A stretch of DNA of 64,000 bases from the human T2T-CHM13v2.0 reference genome, Homo sapiens, in NCBI RefSeq assembly GCF_009914755.1, contig NC_060926.1. The stretch is one strand, 5' to 3'. Under the pieces are notes generated by a model that searched no databases, was not told where the DNA came from, and was given only the letters and a program-made list of their open reading frames with translations. Shown here one piece after another: positions 43,130 to 58,899 of this stretch (position 1 is its first letter; each line of letters starts with the position of its first letter). The position numbers were made by a program, and so were the translations under genes.

Positions 43130-46110
43130 GATAGGACTTCTGGATTCTATTCAGGATGTGGAAACCTGGAAGGAGTATTACTGCCACATTTACAATGATA
43201 ACATCACCAACTAATACAAAAAATCTGTCAGGCAATCTAAAATTCACAATATTCTTGCTCCTATTAGAGAGCTAGCAACTAACAAATTTCTGGTTAGGCA
43301 ACTAACGAGCCAAAAATCTAAGGAAAGACAGGTGCCCCCAAGAAGAAATGATATGGAAGCAATATTTTACTTGAACAGATGCCTCTAGATGTCAGTAAGA
43401 AAATTCAACTAAAAATCTTAATGAATTGCTTAAAGTTGAGTATAATAGAATACAGAAATCATGAGGGCTTCAGGCACCAGAATACACACCCACTCGTAGG
43501 TTCTTCTTCCTGTAACTAACCAGGGGCTCACAAAAAAAGATTAGTAAGAGTTCTAAAAGAGCTCATGTGTGTGGTGTAGAAGCCTTGGGGGAATAAACAG
43601 CAACCAATGTGGGAGAGGGACAAAACTCCACTTATATTCTTCCACTAAACAGCTTGGGGGAATGGGGAAAATATCTTAGCAACTATAGTTGGGGGACATG
43701 AACAGGAAAAACAAAAAGACAGTGCCCTGAGGGAGGGGCAGGATCATTAAAGGAACTTGAAGACGCTAGTGATCTGAAGATAACCATAGCAGCAATTAAA
43801 CTGAAACCCTGTTCAATTTCTGACTGGATTGACTCAAACCTCATAGAAAAAGCAAGCAGAAAGATGTGCCCATTTCCAGGAATGAAAAGTATTTACAACT
43901 AAGGCTCTATTTGAGTTCTGTAAAAAATGTCCAGCTTTCTACAGAAATAAAGATATGCCAAAAATAAAAGACATAAAAAAGAAAAATCAATATACTTTCA
44001 ACAGACAAGCAATCAACAGAACCAGACTCAGGTATAATGTACTTTTAGGAACTATTAGAAAGGAAAATTAAGACTATTTTTATTATTTGATTAAAAATTT
44101 TAGTGGAAAGGGTGGAAAACATGTAAGATCAGAGGATAATTTTAGCAGAGATGGAAATGATAAGAACAAATCAAATGGAAATGTCTGAAATGAAAAGCAC
44201 AATAGAGAGAAAAAGAATGCCTGTGATGGGCTTATCAGTGGACTCAACACAGTCAAAGAAAGAACTAATAAACATGAAGAGAGTTCAAATGAAATTATCT
44301 AAGTCAAGACAAAAAGAACAGAAAAACAGAAGAAAAGAGGAAAACAAGCAAACAAAACAAAAGAACAGAGCATCTGAGAGCTGGGGGTCAAAATCAAATG
44401 GTACAATATGTGTATAATTAGAACGCCAGAAACAGTAAGAAAGAGGCAAAAGAAATAGTTGAACAAATAATGGGTAAGAATTTTCAAAATTAATATCAGA
44501 CACCAAAGAAGTTCAGAAAACAAGGAACAGGATATATATCAAAAGGCACACACTTAGGTATATCATTTTCGAACTGCTGGAAACCAAAAACAAAAGGAAA
44601 ATAAATCCACTTTTAAACATATAGATAGGCTAAAAGAATGAAAAACTTGAAAATACTTAAGCAAATATATAGAAAACATGAAAACACAGATCAAGAAAGC
44701 TGAGGCAGCTGTATTAATATCAGCAAAAGTAGACTTCTGAACAAGCAATAGAATGAGGAATTTAAACGGACATTACAAACAGTGAAGGGACCATTTATCC
44801 AAGAAGACATAACCATCTTAATGGTATATGCATCTAACAATAGAACTTCAAAATCCATTCAGCAGAAATGTATAGAATCAAAAGGAGAAATGGACAAATT
44901 CACAATTATATTTGGAAACATTAATACTCCTCTCTCAGTAATTGATAGAATAAGCAGACAGAAAATCAGTAAGATTAAAGAAGATTCAAACAACACAAGC
45001 AACCAACTTGATCTAATTAACATTTACAGAAAACTCAGTCTAACAGAATACATAATGTACTTTCATCAGGTTAGACCATATTCTAACTTTTTATTTAAAA
45101 GAATTTAAACTATACAAAATATGTTCTCTGATCATAATAAATTTAAACAAAAAATCATAGCAGAAAAATGCCTGGAAAATGCCCAAATATTTTAAAATTA
45201 ATTCAATTATAAATAGCCCATGAATAAAATAGGAAATTTCAAGGGAAATTTAAAAGCTTTGACCTGAATTATAAGAAAATATATCAACAGTTTTAGGATG
45301 CAGTTAAAGAAGTTGTTAGTGGGAAATTTGTAACATTAAATACTGATATTGGAAAGATAGAAAACAAGATATAGAGACATTTCAAATCAATCATCTAAGC
45401 TTCCACCTTAATAAAGTAGAAAATAGGACTAGAAACTCTACAAATATAAAAAGAAAATAAGAATAAACAACTTTTGCCAATAAGTTTGACAAACTAGATG
45501 AAATAAATTTCATGAAAGACAAAAACTACAAAAGCACATTTATGAGGAAACAGAAAACTTGAATAGTCATATTCTTATGAAATAAATTTGCAAAACCTTC
45601 CTACAAAGAATAGTCCAGGGAAAAATGCCTTTGATTATTAAGTCTATCAAACATTTATGAAGGAAATAGTATTAATTCTACAAGCACTTTAAAAAAACTG
45701 AAGCAGAGTGACTAGTTCCCCACTCATTTTATTCTAATATCAAAAGCAGACAGACAAAAAGAAGGAAAATGATACACCAACATACCCATTAACAGGAACA
45801 CACAAAATATTCCTCATCAAAATAATAGTAAATTGAAATCAAAGTATTAAAAGGAAAACGCAAGACTTTTCAACATTCAAACATCAGTGTCAATCACCAT
45901 ATTGACAAACTAAAGAAAACACATGAACAAAAATGTGTGAAAAGTGTGACAAAATTCAACATCCATTCGCAATAATTTTTTTTTTTTTTTGCAAACTTGG
46001 AAAGAAGGAACTTCCTCAATCCCCTATAAATTGCAAATCTACAGATCATATAATTTTTAGTGGCGAAAGACTGTTTTCCTCCCAAGATCAGGAAAGACAA
46101 GGCACACTCA
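43130..46110 (+). mobile_element. Old L1M element: 5' region, ORF1 and partial ORF2 remnants with internal deletions
   Basis: ORF1-like MEMIRTNQMEMSEMKSTI (44151); endonuclease-like KGPFIQEDITILMVYASNNRTSK...TIIFGNINTPLSVIDRISRQKISK (44782); RT-like CDKIQHPF and ERLFSSQDQERQG (45933). Confidence 0.85.
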
Positions 46111-46795
46111 GTTTCATGAATTCTTAATGTTTCCAAAAACCATGAAAAAACTCAGTGTTGTCTGTGGAGAGGAAAATCTTCTTTGTTTTAAAGTCCATAA
46201 TCTAAGTCTTATAAACTCACTTGGATTAAATTCCATGGGAAGAAGATAGTTTTGGCAGTATGCATTTACAATTTCTGCCTAACCTCTTAGTGTATATTTC
46301 TTTGAGCCCTGTGTTTCCTACCTTTGACTATGGAAGTAAATGTATCTCTACACAGTGACGTAGCATTCATACTCTCTCATCAACTGATTTTTCAGTCCTG
46401 AGCCACGGTAGCTATTTTTACCACCACTTGCTACAGAATGGCTTAGGTGTACGAATTATACCTCTTGGGGAAAACTTTTCCCACGCATATAATTAATCGA
46501 ATGCTAACTTGAGGCCATATGGCCAGGAAATAGCCCTCAGGTAAAAGCCACATGGATGCAAGTTTAGCTTCAATTTAGCAAGTGGACAGATACCCGTTTG
46601 GCTCTGAATGCAGAACAGAATTTAGTACAGTGAAACAAGTGCTACTTGTAGGCCTGATACTAATAATTTAACCAATAATCTTTCTAATATCTCCTACCAG
46701 ACTCAACTCAGTTGCTTTGCTGTTAAAAAAAAAACACACACACAACACAGAAATATTTTTCAGTTCACAAATGCCTTAAAGACCTATAAAATCAC

Positions 46796-46867
46796 TTTTT
46801 CTTTTCTTTTTTAAAATTTTTTTAATTTTTTATTTGTATTTTTTTATTATACTTTAAGTTTTAGGGT
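46796..46867 (-). mobile_element. Ultra-short L1PA 3'-terminal stub with A-rich tail
   Basis: The minus strand reads ACCCTAAAACTTAAAGTATAATAAAAAA followed by about 45 nt of A-rich tail. Confidence 0.75.
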
Positions 46868-46978
46868 TGAACCTTTTCTTATAATTGAATCATTGCCCTG
46901 GAAAAGCTGCAGCAGTGCAGTCAAAGCAGTGCCTCCCCTGAGGTTATGTGTTGCCTGTAATTTAATCCTTGCTGTAGC

Positions 46979-47628
46979 TTTTTTTTTTTTTTTTAATACT
47001 ATAAGTTTTAGGGTACATGTGCACAACGTGCAGGTTTGTTACATATACATACATGTGCCATATTGGTGTGCTGCTCCCATTAACTCGTCATTTAGCATTA
47101 GGTATATCTCCTAATGCTATCCCTCCTCCCTCCCCCCACCCCCCACCCCACAACAGTCCCTGGTGTGTGATGTTCCCCTTCCTGTGTCCATGTGTTCTCA
47201 TTGTTCAATTCCCACCTATGAGTGAGAACATGTGGTGTTTGGTTTTTTGTCCTTGCAATAGTTTGCTGAGAATGATGGTTTCCAGCTTCATCCATGTCCC
47301 TACAAAGGACATGAACTCATCATTTTTTATGGCTGTATAGTATTCCATGGTGTATATGTGCCACATTTTCTTAATCCAGTCTACCATTATTGGACATCTG
47401 GGTTGGTTCCAAGTCTTTGCTATTGTGAATAGTGCCGCAATAAACATACGTGTGCATGTGTCTTTATAGCAGCATGATTTATAATCCTTTGGGTATATAC
47501 CCAGTAATGGGATGGCTGGGTCAAATGGTATTTCTGGTTCTAGATCCCTGAGGAATCGCCACATCGACTTTCACAATGGTTGAACTAGTTTACAATCCCA
47601 CCAACAGTGTAAAAGTGTTCCTATTTCT
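46979..47628 (-). mobile_element. L1PA4/5-like 5'-truncated fragment (about 650 bp)
   Basis: ORF2 C-terminus (WRFLRDLEPEIPFDPAIPLLGIYPKDYK...), 3'UTR GCATTAGGAGATATACCTAATGCTAAATGACGAGTTAATGGG, and poly(A). Confidence 0.95.
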
Positions 47629-49789
47629 TACTAAGGCCTTGGTGTTTCCCTGAGTTACTTTCACAGCCTCCCATTTTTCTCTGATGAGGCCATTCACTCA
47701 TCTTCCTCATTGCCTATATAGAATCTGCTGAACAATGTAAAATACAGACCCTCAGCCACAGATCAAGCTACTGGAAGTTGCAGTTACCCATGCAGGGCAA
47801 GCTGTCATGCAGCTAAATTAAAACTTTCGTCCAGGTCACAGCAGATGAAAGTCAATGGACAGTTTCCCTCCAAGGACCTAATAGAAAATTCTATAAACTA
47901 CCGATGTCAAAATGCCTTGTCCCTAAACTAAAGCTCAAAACCTTAGATCTTAAGCCAAGAGTCTCCAAATGTATATTTTGCTGAAGAAATTCCACTTTTC
48001 ATTCTCTATATGCCTGGTCCGTGCACCAACTGTTAACATTCCATGAGAAGACCTAATAAAGAGCGCCCCTCTTCCCATGTAGGTTCTGAAAAAACTGAAG
48101 AAGAAGAAGAAAAAAAAGTGCAGACTGAGGCCAAGATACCCTTTTTATTATCATCATAGGATATGAGTTTAGGTCTGTTAGCCCCATATATGGGAAGATG
48201 TGCACTTTCTCCCTCATCTGTCATGCTAACAGTGCCCATCCTTGGAAAAGAATAAAATCAGCAAGGTCAGGGACCTTGCTGGTAAAACAAAGAAGAGGGG
48301 GAGGTGGGCTATGCATGCCCAGTTTACTCTTTCTAAATTTACTGAGCAGGTAACTCACTCTCTCATCTCAGGATAGAAGAAATTAAAGGAGTAGGTGTGG
48401 AGAGGCCAGGAATGGAGTGGAGCTACCTCCATCTAGAAGAAAAAATCAGAAGTTAGTATCAGCATCATTCTCTAATACACAAAACCTTAAGCAGGAAGAA
48501 ATAAATAATATCTGCTTTGAAAAGGTGAAGAAAAGTTACTATTAGGTTACTAAATTATTGGCTGATAAAATATATCAAAACAAAAATGAATTTATTTTAA
48601 AAGTAAGTATTTGTTCAGGAAGAAAAAAGTATCTTTAAATAATAAATTACAGTATATATTTTCATAGCCAATAATTAGTCTCTATAAAATATTTGAGTTG
48701 ATTAATTGCAGCGGCAAAGCAATTACTTTGTTCCTTGTGAAACAAGAGCTTAAAGTGGTAGATGTCCTTGGGTTTGTCCTTTAGAGCCACTCCTGCTAAG
48801 AATCACTCTGCAGATACTTGGCTTTTTTTTTCTTTCTTTCTTTCTTTTTTTCTTTTTTTAACATTTTCTCTTACTGCAGAATTTTACCTATAAATTGTAG
48901 TGTACTTTTCAAGCTCCAGCTAACTTTAATTTTTAGCAATCTTTAGTTTTCTTTTGATTTTCCTGCCAAATAACTCCAAACACTCATACTGTCTGCTTAA
49001 AAAGAGCCTCTTTTAAATTCTGAATACAGTTTTATTGTTATATTTTGACTAGGCATTGAAGTGATAAAAAACATCTTCCAATATAGCATTGCCATGAAGA
49101 TTATCACGGATAGGTTTTGCACGCAACAAATAAGACCTACGTATACAGAATACACAGCAAATTAGTGAATATAATTCTGCTTTTGTGGAATGAAAGACAG
49201 GATTTACCAATATATTTTGTTCTCTGTGCTTGAAGGGAAACCCAGTTTTAATCTAATCCCAGGTAGATCTTAAATTTAGTGGCATGAGAAAGTGGGTAGA
49301 GAAAATCACCTTCAGAGAAAGAGACTGTTAGCTTCCGTTGTGAAGTGATATTCCCAAAGAAGACCCCACCTCCTCCTTTCTTATAATGCTCAAATTACTA
49401 AAGCCTGGTCTAAAGAGGTCTTTTTATGGAAATACTGTAAATATCATTTCTGAGCTGTGTTAATGGAACAGTCTCCCCTTTATAAAGATTATAATTCATA
49501 AACAAAAATGCATTAATGGATTTTATATAAAGAAAAACACATCTATCTAGCATATCCACATTTATGAAAACAAAAAGTTTTTTGAAATTAGTTTTTCTTC
49601 AAGCTTCATAAGTTCCCAAATTCTTAAGTATGCTTAAGATTCAATTAAGGTCAAAGTGTCTGTTCTTTCCTTTCCCATCAATAGTCCACGGCTAGCCCCT
49701 GTAAGGTAGGAAATTGGAAATAGGACACAAGATACTGATTCTCTATCCCTTCCAGAGAAAAATCCCAAGGTCACCTTTCTGATTTCTCT

Positions 49790-50900
<1,111 letters not shown>

Positions 50901-50994
50901 AAAGAATATAGATTAGAAGAAAAACAACAGCAATAACAAATATTAATAGAGATAATCAAAGACATTTGAATGACCATATTACAGCTACTCTTTA

Positions 50995-51185
50995 AAGTAT
51001 TTATATAGTTTATCTTATTTAAATCTTACAAAATATGATGAAGGTATTATTCTCATTTAACAAATTAGGAAATAAAGAATTAGAGAAGTTAATAATTTGC
51101 CTAATGTCACTAGTTGGCAGCCAAAAGAAACCAGGATTTGATTCCACATGATCTAATTCCCGAGCCTCCCTTTATTACTGATGCC
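50995..51185 (-). mobile_element. MIR remnant
   Basis: GAGAAGTTAATAATTTGCCTAATGTCAC...CAGGATTTGATTCCA. Confidence 0.6.
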
Positions 51186-51699
51186 AATATTAATATTATA
51201 ATTAAAATCACAAGCACATTTATAACCTCAAAATTTATCACATTATTCAATATCATTTTTATGACAGTAATTCAGCCAAACAATTGAATTTCTCTGACTC
51301 CATCTATAGCCCCGTACTCCTTCAATATTTAGTGTGGGAAACCCAAGCTTCCTGTCATGTTAAGACTTGAATCATTTTGAGGAATGCTTTATTTTGCAGT
51401 TTGCCTTTCTGCAAGAAGAAAACTAAACCCAGTGGATTTGAATTTTTCTAATCAGCTAAATTATCTACACTATATGTGATGATGGGTTAAATCAATATAA
51501 ATACAATGAGTTCATTTTACAGTATAAGTAAGCAAACTCAGTTTAATAAAATATATTTCATAACATCATAATAAATGTAGCTTACAAGATTAGCCCTTAA
51601 ACTACATTTTCAAGCCCGGTTTCTTCAGCTTAAATATCAGTAAACATAGGTGAGGATCTTGTAAATAATGTAAATGATGATGATAGTAATTATAGTAAT

Positions 51700-51895
51700 A
51701 ACAACAGCCAGCATATATTATGTGCCTACAAAAAAAAACAAGCAATGTCCAAAGGACTTCAAGCAAATGATCTCTTTTAATCCTCACATTTCACAGATGA
51801 GGAAACTGAGAAATAAAGAGATCAAGTAATTTACATAAATCACACAGTAAATTGGTGGAACCCAGGTTTAAACAGAGTCTACCTAAAGTCAAAGG
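51700..51895 (-). mobile_element. MIR remnant
   Basis: Core TTTCACAGATGAGGAAACTGAG...AATCACACAGTAA...CCCAGGTTTAAAC. Confidence 0.7.
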
Positions 51896-52599
51896 CCGCA
51901 GTAAGCATGGTTTAATCCTAAAAGACCTTTTGGACACCAGCTTTTTGAGTACTGAACTTCTGTGGTCACTAGCATGTAAATGCTTTTCCATTTTTCCTTT
52001 CATATTTTTATTCACAAAGGCAGTAGAAAGCCCAGAATTTTTATTTTATAAGACTTCCTAATAAATAAAATTGTCATTTATGTTTTTATGACTAATTTTA
52101 GGGAAATAATTAAAAGCCCATAATTTCTGATTTTCATAGGATCATGTAGACAAAGTTTCAATTTTTCACAAATAGTAAATACAACATCTACTTAAAATAA
52201 GCAGTTTCCTTGTAATTCTACTTTAAACTATTATTTTATTTCTCCAATGAGCATGAAACCCCCTGCAGTGTACAGATCAAATCACCATCATTGAAAAATA
52301 CAGTATAAGTAGTAAAAATACAAAGTAGAATATAAAAAGCCACTTCTGACATGAGTATTTTGTGTTCACTTTCTCTGACCAATTCTATCATATTTAAGAA
52401 TATGATACATATAGCTCAAAAATCCAAACAGATCTTTTCCTTTTCACATACTGAAAATAGTTTTTATATCAGTAATAATGCTCACTGAAAATGATTCAAA
52501 AGTACATACACATATAAAGAAATCAAGTCATTTGGTCTCCCACCAATCTGAGCAACACCTCATTTGCTTACATTTTGGTCATTCTGTCATGCATCTTTA

Positions 52600-54060
<1,461 letters not shown>

Positions 54061-56769
54061 TTAATTTTTCTCACTGGATGTTTACTATAATTTTTGTATT
54101 AGATCTTACATATCATATGATCCTATGTTTTTTTGAGAAATTAAGACATTCACAATATTTTGCTAGGCCTTTCTTGACTTTTAAATTGATTTGTTATTGG
54201 GAGTTTTACCCAAGACCTTCCAGATTTCACTAGGCTTCAGATGTAAATGAAGTCTCACTGATAGTTATACTTACATTTTTCTACTAAAAAACTAATTTTA
54301 CCATTAGAAAGATAAATTATCAGGAACCTAAATCTAATGCTCTAAGCTCCCATGCTTAAATAGCAAGTCCATTTATTTGTGGAATCTCCCTCCTCCAATT
54401 ATTAGTGGATATCATGTAGGAAAGTCTAATACAATTGTCATAGTGAATACTTCCTACTTACTGCTAATGTGGGTTCTGAGCCTACAGTCCACCTCCCTTG
54501 CCACTTCAATGCTCTTTAACCCACAACTCTACTTCCAATAGCTAAGCCACCAATACTACTTTAAAACTCGACTATCTAGAAAACAGCAGGTCCTCCTTAT
54601 GCCTGCAGAACTTGAAGAATCTTCTTATATCTGTGTATGCAAAATTAGAAGGGAGGCGGAGGGAGGAAAATGAGATAATCCACAAGGTAACTTTGGACCT
54701 AAAGTGAAGCAGAAGCTACAGAAATAGCTGTTTAATTTCACGCATGCTATTATTTTCCTTCCAAAAGCACATACTTGTCAGCAGGATGTCTAGGTAAGTA
54801 GTGATTTCAATATCAGCTGCCATGTTATCTACCAAACAGCTATGTACTTGAGCCATGCAGCTGAGCCCAGCAGCCTAGGTCAGATTCTCTCCTCTTCCTA
54901 AGGAAAACTTTTTCTCACTAGTGTCTCAGTAATTTTGCTTCTATCAACTCTATAACCAACCCCACAAATACATTTCATACATCTGAATTCCAATGTTAAA
55001 ATAAATTTTTTTCCTTCTCAGTGGTCTCATAAGGCCAATTTAAAACAATAGATGGACAAGAGATACATGAGGGATAGAGAAGCCCAGCCTGAGAAATGAA
55101 CCTTAATACTGGCCTACCTGCCACATCCTATAATACATGTAGCAAAGGACCTAGGTTTAAAATGTTCACCTTGAGCTAATTTGCCAGCACTAGAAATTCC
55201 TATTTAAATTACCAGCAGGTTTATCAGTATTATGCTCCATAAATGGTCCTGGACAAAAGGCTGATTTTTTTTTTTAAGTCAATAGATTTCCTCTCTGGAT
55301 GGGAAGTCCAGACTATGGAAGAAGTCTCACTGTCCCAAAGAACTTGTATGCATCTTTTTTGATTGGATCAAATAGTGCCATGTGGATTCTGCTCAGTCAT
55401 ATTTCCTTTAAATAGAAGTTTTTAATAGTTGATTCACCATTTATTTGCAATTTATAAATAATCGTAAGTGGAAAACAAATCAGAGGAACAATCATATACA
55501 TAAGTTATACTGATATAAGATGTTCCCTTGAACTCACTGGTGCTTTGGAATATTTTCAATAGAAAAGAATCTCCAATATGAAGTGAAAAGTCAGTTACTT
55601 GTTTATCCATGATTTAAAGTTCATAATTCAAGATCAGGCCCTTATACTAGCACCTTATTGTTTTGCCCGTGGCCCAAGATAATTAAACAATTTCTCTAAA
55701 AAGTTAATATGGCTCTGTTGTTGAATATGGCTTATAATCATTTTACCATCTTAAGCGCATAGATATTCTTCAAAAAGGAAGTACATCTGAATAGTGTTTC
55801 AGGCCTGTTTTGATGCATTTTGACTGATTTATTCTTTAATTAACCTCATAAGACTTTGCTTTTGAAAGTCTGTATAATAGGCATAAAGGAAAAATGAAAA
55901 GCAGGATTGATATACACCACTTTGGTAAAACCAAAGCAAGTTTAAAAAGAAAAGAAATGATGATATCAGCTCCTAGTATCTGAAATAGCCTAGTTATTTC
56001 CCTTTCCCTCATCTTTGTTTTATTTTCATCAGCATCTACAAGCTGTTTGCAACTGCTGCAAAAAACATCCTGAAATAGTGTCAAAAGGAATCTTTTCAAT
56101 AGAAGGAAAACTTGCTTAAACTAAGTGTCAGGTTGTTTCACTTTTTGGAATGCTTCATTCCCTCTTGGCTTTTAAGAAATTCTTTTCCACCGTTCAGAAA
56201 ATTTAATAGGCATTTAATTTAATGGATGTCATGTTGTCCTCCAATAACCTCACGCCTTCATTTTTGTAGCTAACCTTACCAATAAAACCATCTGAGCACC
56301 TCAGCTAAACATTCATTTAGCACATCACAAATCCAGCAGACCTTGACTACCTTCCCAGCAAGGCAAATAAATATGTTAAAGGACCATCTTAATGTTCTCA
56401 TTTTGAAAGTCAAGAAACATTTAGTTTAATAGCCAACTAATTTTTCACACTGAAAGGGCATATGACCTCTGGAACCCCAAACTAACTTGGTCCTGCTTGC
56501 CCTCCAGGGAAAAGAGGAGAATGGAAGCTGGCACAAGGGTGTCTCAGTTGTCAGAAATTAGCTCAATATTATATCACACCAGATAAATGTCAAGAATTCA
56601 TGTAATTCCAGCCGGATTGTTTTCTGCAGTTCTGATCCATCAGTATTGTATTCGGCTCTTCTCCTGAGGGCAAGCCAGGGTTCTGGGACTTCATTAATAG
56701 AAATATCTTAGTTCTATGAGTGAGACTACTGACATAGTAGGTGGTACTAGGGACATGCCAAGTATAGAG

Positions 56770-57885
56770 CTTATATCATTCAGGATCTCATCATGAGACA
56801 GAAATCATGCCAGTTATTTCAACAAGTAAAACTTAATATAAAGAACTTGATAAAAGTTGGCCAACTGCTAAAAGGGGTAAACAAAAACACTACAGTGTTT
56901 TAGAGGCAGAATCTTCAGGAAGCAGCTACCACCCTGTGGCAGACACACTCTAAGTTGACCCCTAATGAGTCATACCCTTGTTATCATCCCCTATTCTTGA
57001 GTGTGGGCAAAATCAATGACTTGCCTCTAACCAATATTACATGGAAAACATGATGGGATGTAACACATTTGATCAGGTTGTGCTATATAAAAGTTCATCT
57101 TAACAGACTATAGCAAGAGATTTCTCTTCTGGCCTTGAAGCAGCAAATAGCCATTTATGAACTGCCTATTGGAAGGGCCACATGTCAGAGGACTGCTAGT
57201 GGCCTCTAGGAGCTGAGGGTGGCCTCCAACCAGCTTTAAGTAGGATACTGGGGCCCTGAGTCATGCAGCCGTAAGGAAACAAATTCTAACAAAAACTTGA
57301 ATGAGCTTGGAAAACAATTCTTCCTTAGTGAAATCTCCAGATGAGAACACATCCCAGCTTATACCTGGTTGGGGCCTACTGAGACCCACAGCAGAAAATC
57401 CAACTAAACCATACCCAGGCTCCTACCCCTTGGACACTGTGAGATGATAAATATATGTTAAGATGCTACATTTTCAGTAATTTGTTATGCGACAGTAGAA
57501 AATTAATAATATTCCTAGGGCTGATGAAAATGTAAACCAAGAAAATCTTAGAAACTTAGAAGAGAATGTCCCCATTTAATGTTAAGACAGAATTCTATGG
57601 AAATAATGAGCTACTGAAGAAATGATACCCATACCCACTGCTCTGATCAAGAAGAGACTTGCTGAAGACCACTCACCACCACAGAATCATGCAAACCACT
57701 GCCACCTCCAGAATCCATAGCATGCTGACGCTTGCTACCACTCAGTAGAAACAAAAACCAGAGAAGTCTCTCCACCCTCTTGTAGTCTTGCTATCTCCTT
57801 CTGGTGTCTTCTTTCAGCAGAGCCTAACTCATACTGGCTAAACAAGAATTAAAAACTGAAGGTCCAACTTTATTATCACAAAATA
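56770..57885 (-). mobile_element. Old LTR remnant split by an MLT1F-like LTR
   Basis: TCAGGATCTCATCATGAGACAGAAATCATGCCAGTTATTTCAAC start; resumes CCTAGGGCTGATG after 57512. Confidence 0.45.
56935..57511 (+). mobile_element. MaLR solo LTR (MLT1F-like)
   Basis: TGTGGCAGACACACTCTAAG start; GGCCTCTAGGAGCTGAGGGTGGCCTC; ends GTAATTTGTTATGCGACAGTAGAAAATTAAT. Confidence 0.8.
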
Positions 57886-58749
57886 GGCAAGAAAGTATGT
57901 GTTTCAGCTGAGAGGCAATAAATTAGCTACTTACATAAAGTCTACAGTTAAAGCTTCTAAGATCACCTTCAAGGAAGCCCATATATCCTGGCAGAGGAAG
58001 AAGACAACAGTAGAAGGGAAAGGGAAATTTTTCACATTTTAGGTCAGAGTTGAAAGTCAGTGGATAAAGAGTAGAACCCTCTTCATTTCCTAAAATGTTA
58101 CTGAATAAAAAGCAAAAGAGGGAAGATAGGGCTCTAAGTGCTTTTGTTTTCTAACTCATGTGCTTCACTCAAAGATTCAGCATTTCAAAGTTGCAAGGTA
58201 ATTAATCATGTGATGTCCAGAGTGTCTGTAAATTCCAACAACATTTTATGATAGAATTCTACAAGTTTTCTTTGTCTTATGATTTGGTTAATCACTTGAC
58301 TTTTTAAAACTGCATCCAGGTTTTTTAAACATGCAAATTCTACTATAAGCCATTTTAAAAATGGTATCAGCATTATTAGCATTTTATTTTCCTCACGAAC
58401 CATTTTCATTGCTATTCCAAAATCATTTAGACTGTTCATTAAAATATACTGAGGCCTTTGACCTTAAAATTAACCATCAAAAGAAACATTGGCAAATTTA
58501 TAGCACTTTGCAAATGTTCTAGCTTGTTTAGCTCATATTATCATGTCAAGAAACCTACAGCATATTCAAACTTTTCCCCAAGGGGTTCACGTCAGTAACA
58601 ACTTACAGAAACTGTAATATTTTTAGGCAATTAAGATGAAAGAGCTCCCATAACTCAGTTTAGAATATAGAGTTTAGAAATATTAGTCTCCCCTTTCTAT
58701 CCTACTTGTCACAGATACACAGCTTTCACTAAACTCACAAGTATAAAGT

Positions 58750-58765
58750 ACGTGTATATATATGT

Positions 58766-58798
<33 letters not shown>

Positions 58799-58808
58799 CA
58801 CATACATA
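58750..58808. repeat. Compound (TG)/(TA)/(CATA) microsatellite
   Basis: Direct reading. Confidence 0.9.
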
Positions 58809-58899
58809 CCCACAGTCACTCCCCTTCTGATGCTATGACATTTGTTATGGTCTAGTATTCTAGAAAATATATACACATTAGCTCTCATAATTATGAAGC

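Noticed and set aside
47120-47150. G-quadruplex-like tract (also about 2868-2895)
   Set aside because: Standard polypurine tract of the L1 3'UTR; already explained by the element.
48043-48159. Short + strand peptide MRRPNKERPSSHVGSEKTEEEEEKKVQTEAKIPFLLSS
   Set aside because: The protein-like look comes from a (GAA)n/A-rich run; no promoter, splice or homology support.
54590-54800. Plus-strand donor-like sites AAG|GTAACT (54687) and TAG|GTAAGT (54794)
   Set aside because: No convincing paired acceptor or recognisable reading frame; such 9-mers are expected by chance in 64 kb.
55836-56099. 87-aa minus-strand ORF with a hydrophobic C-terminus
   Set aside because: TTG start; the hydrophobicity follows from T-rich DNA; no homology recognised.
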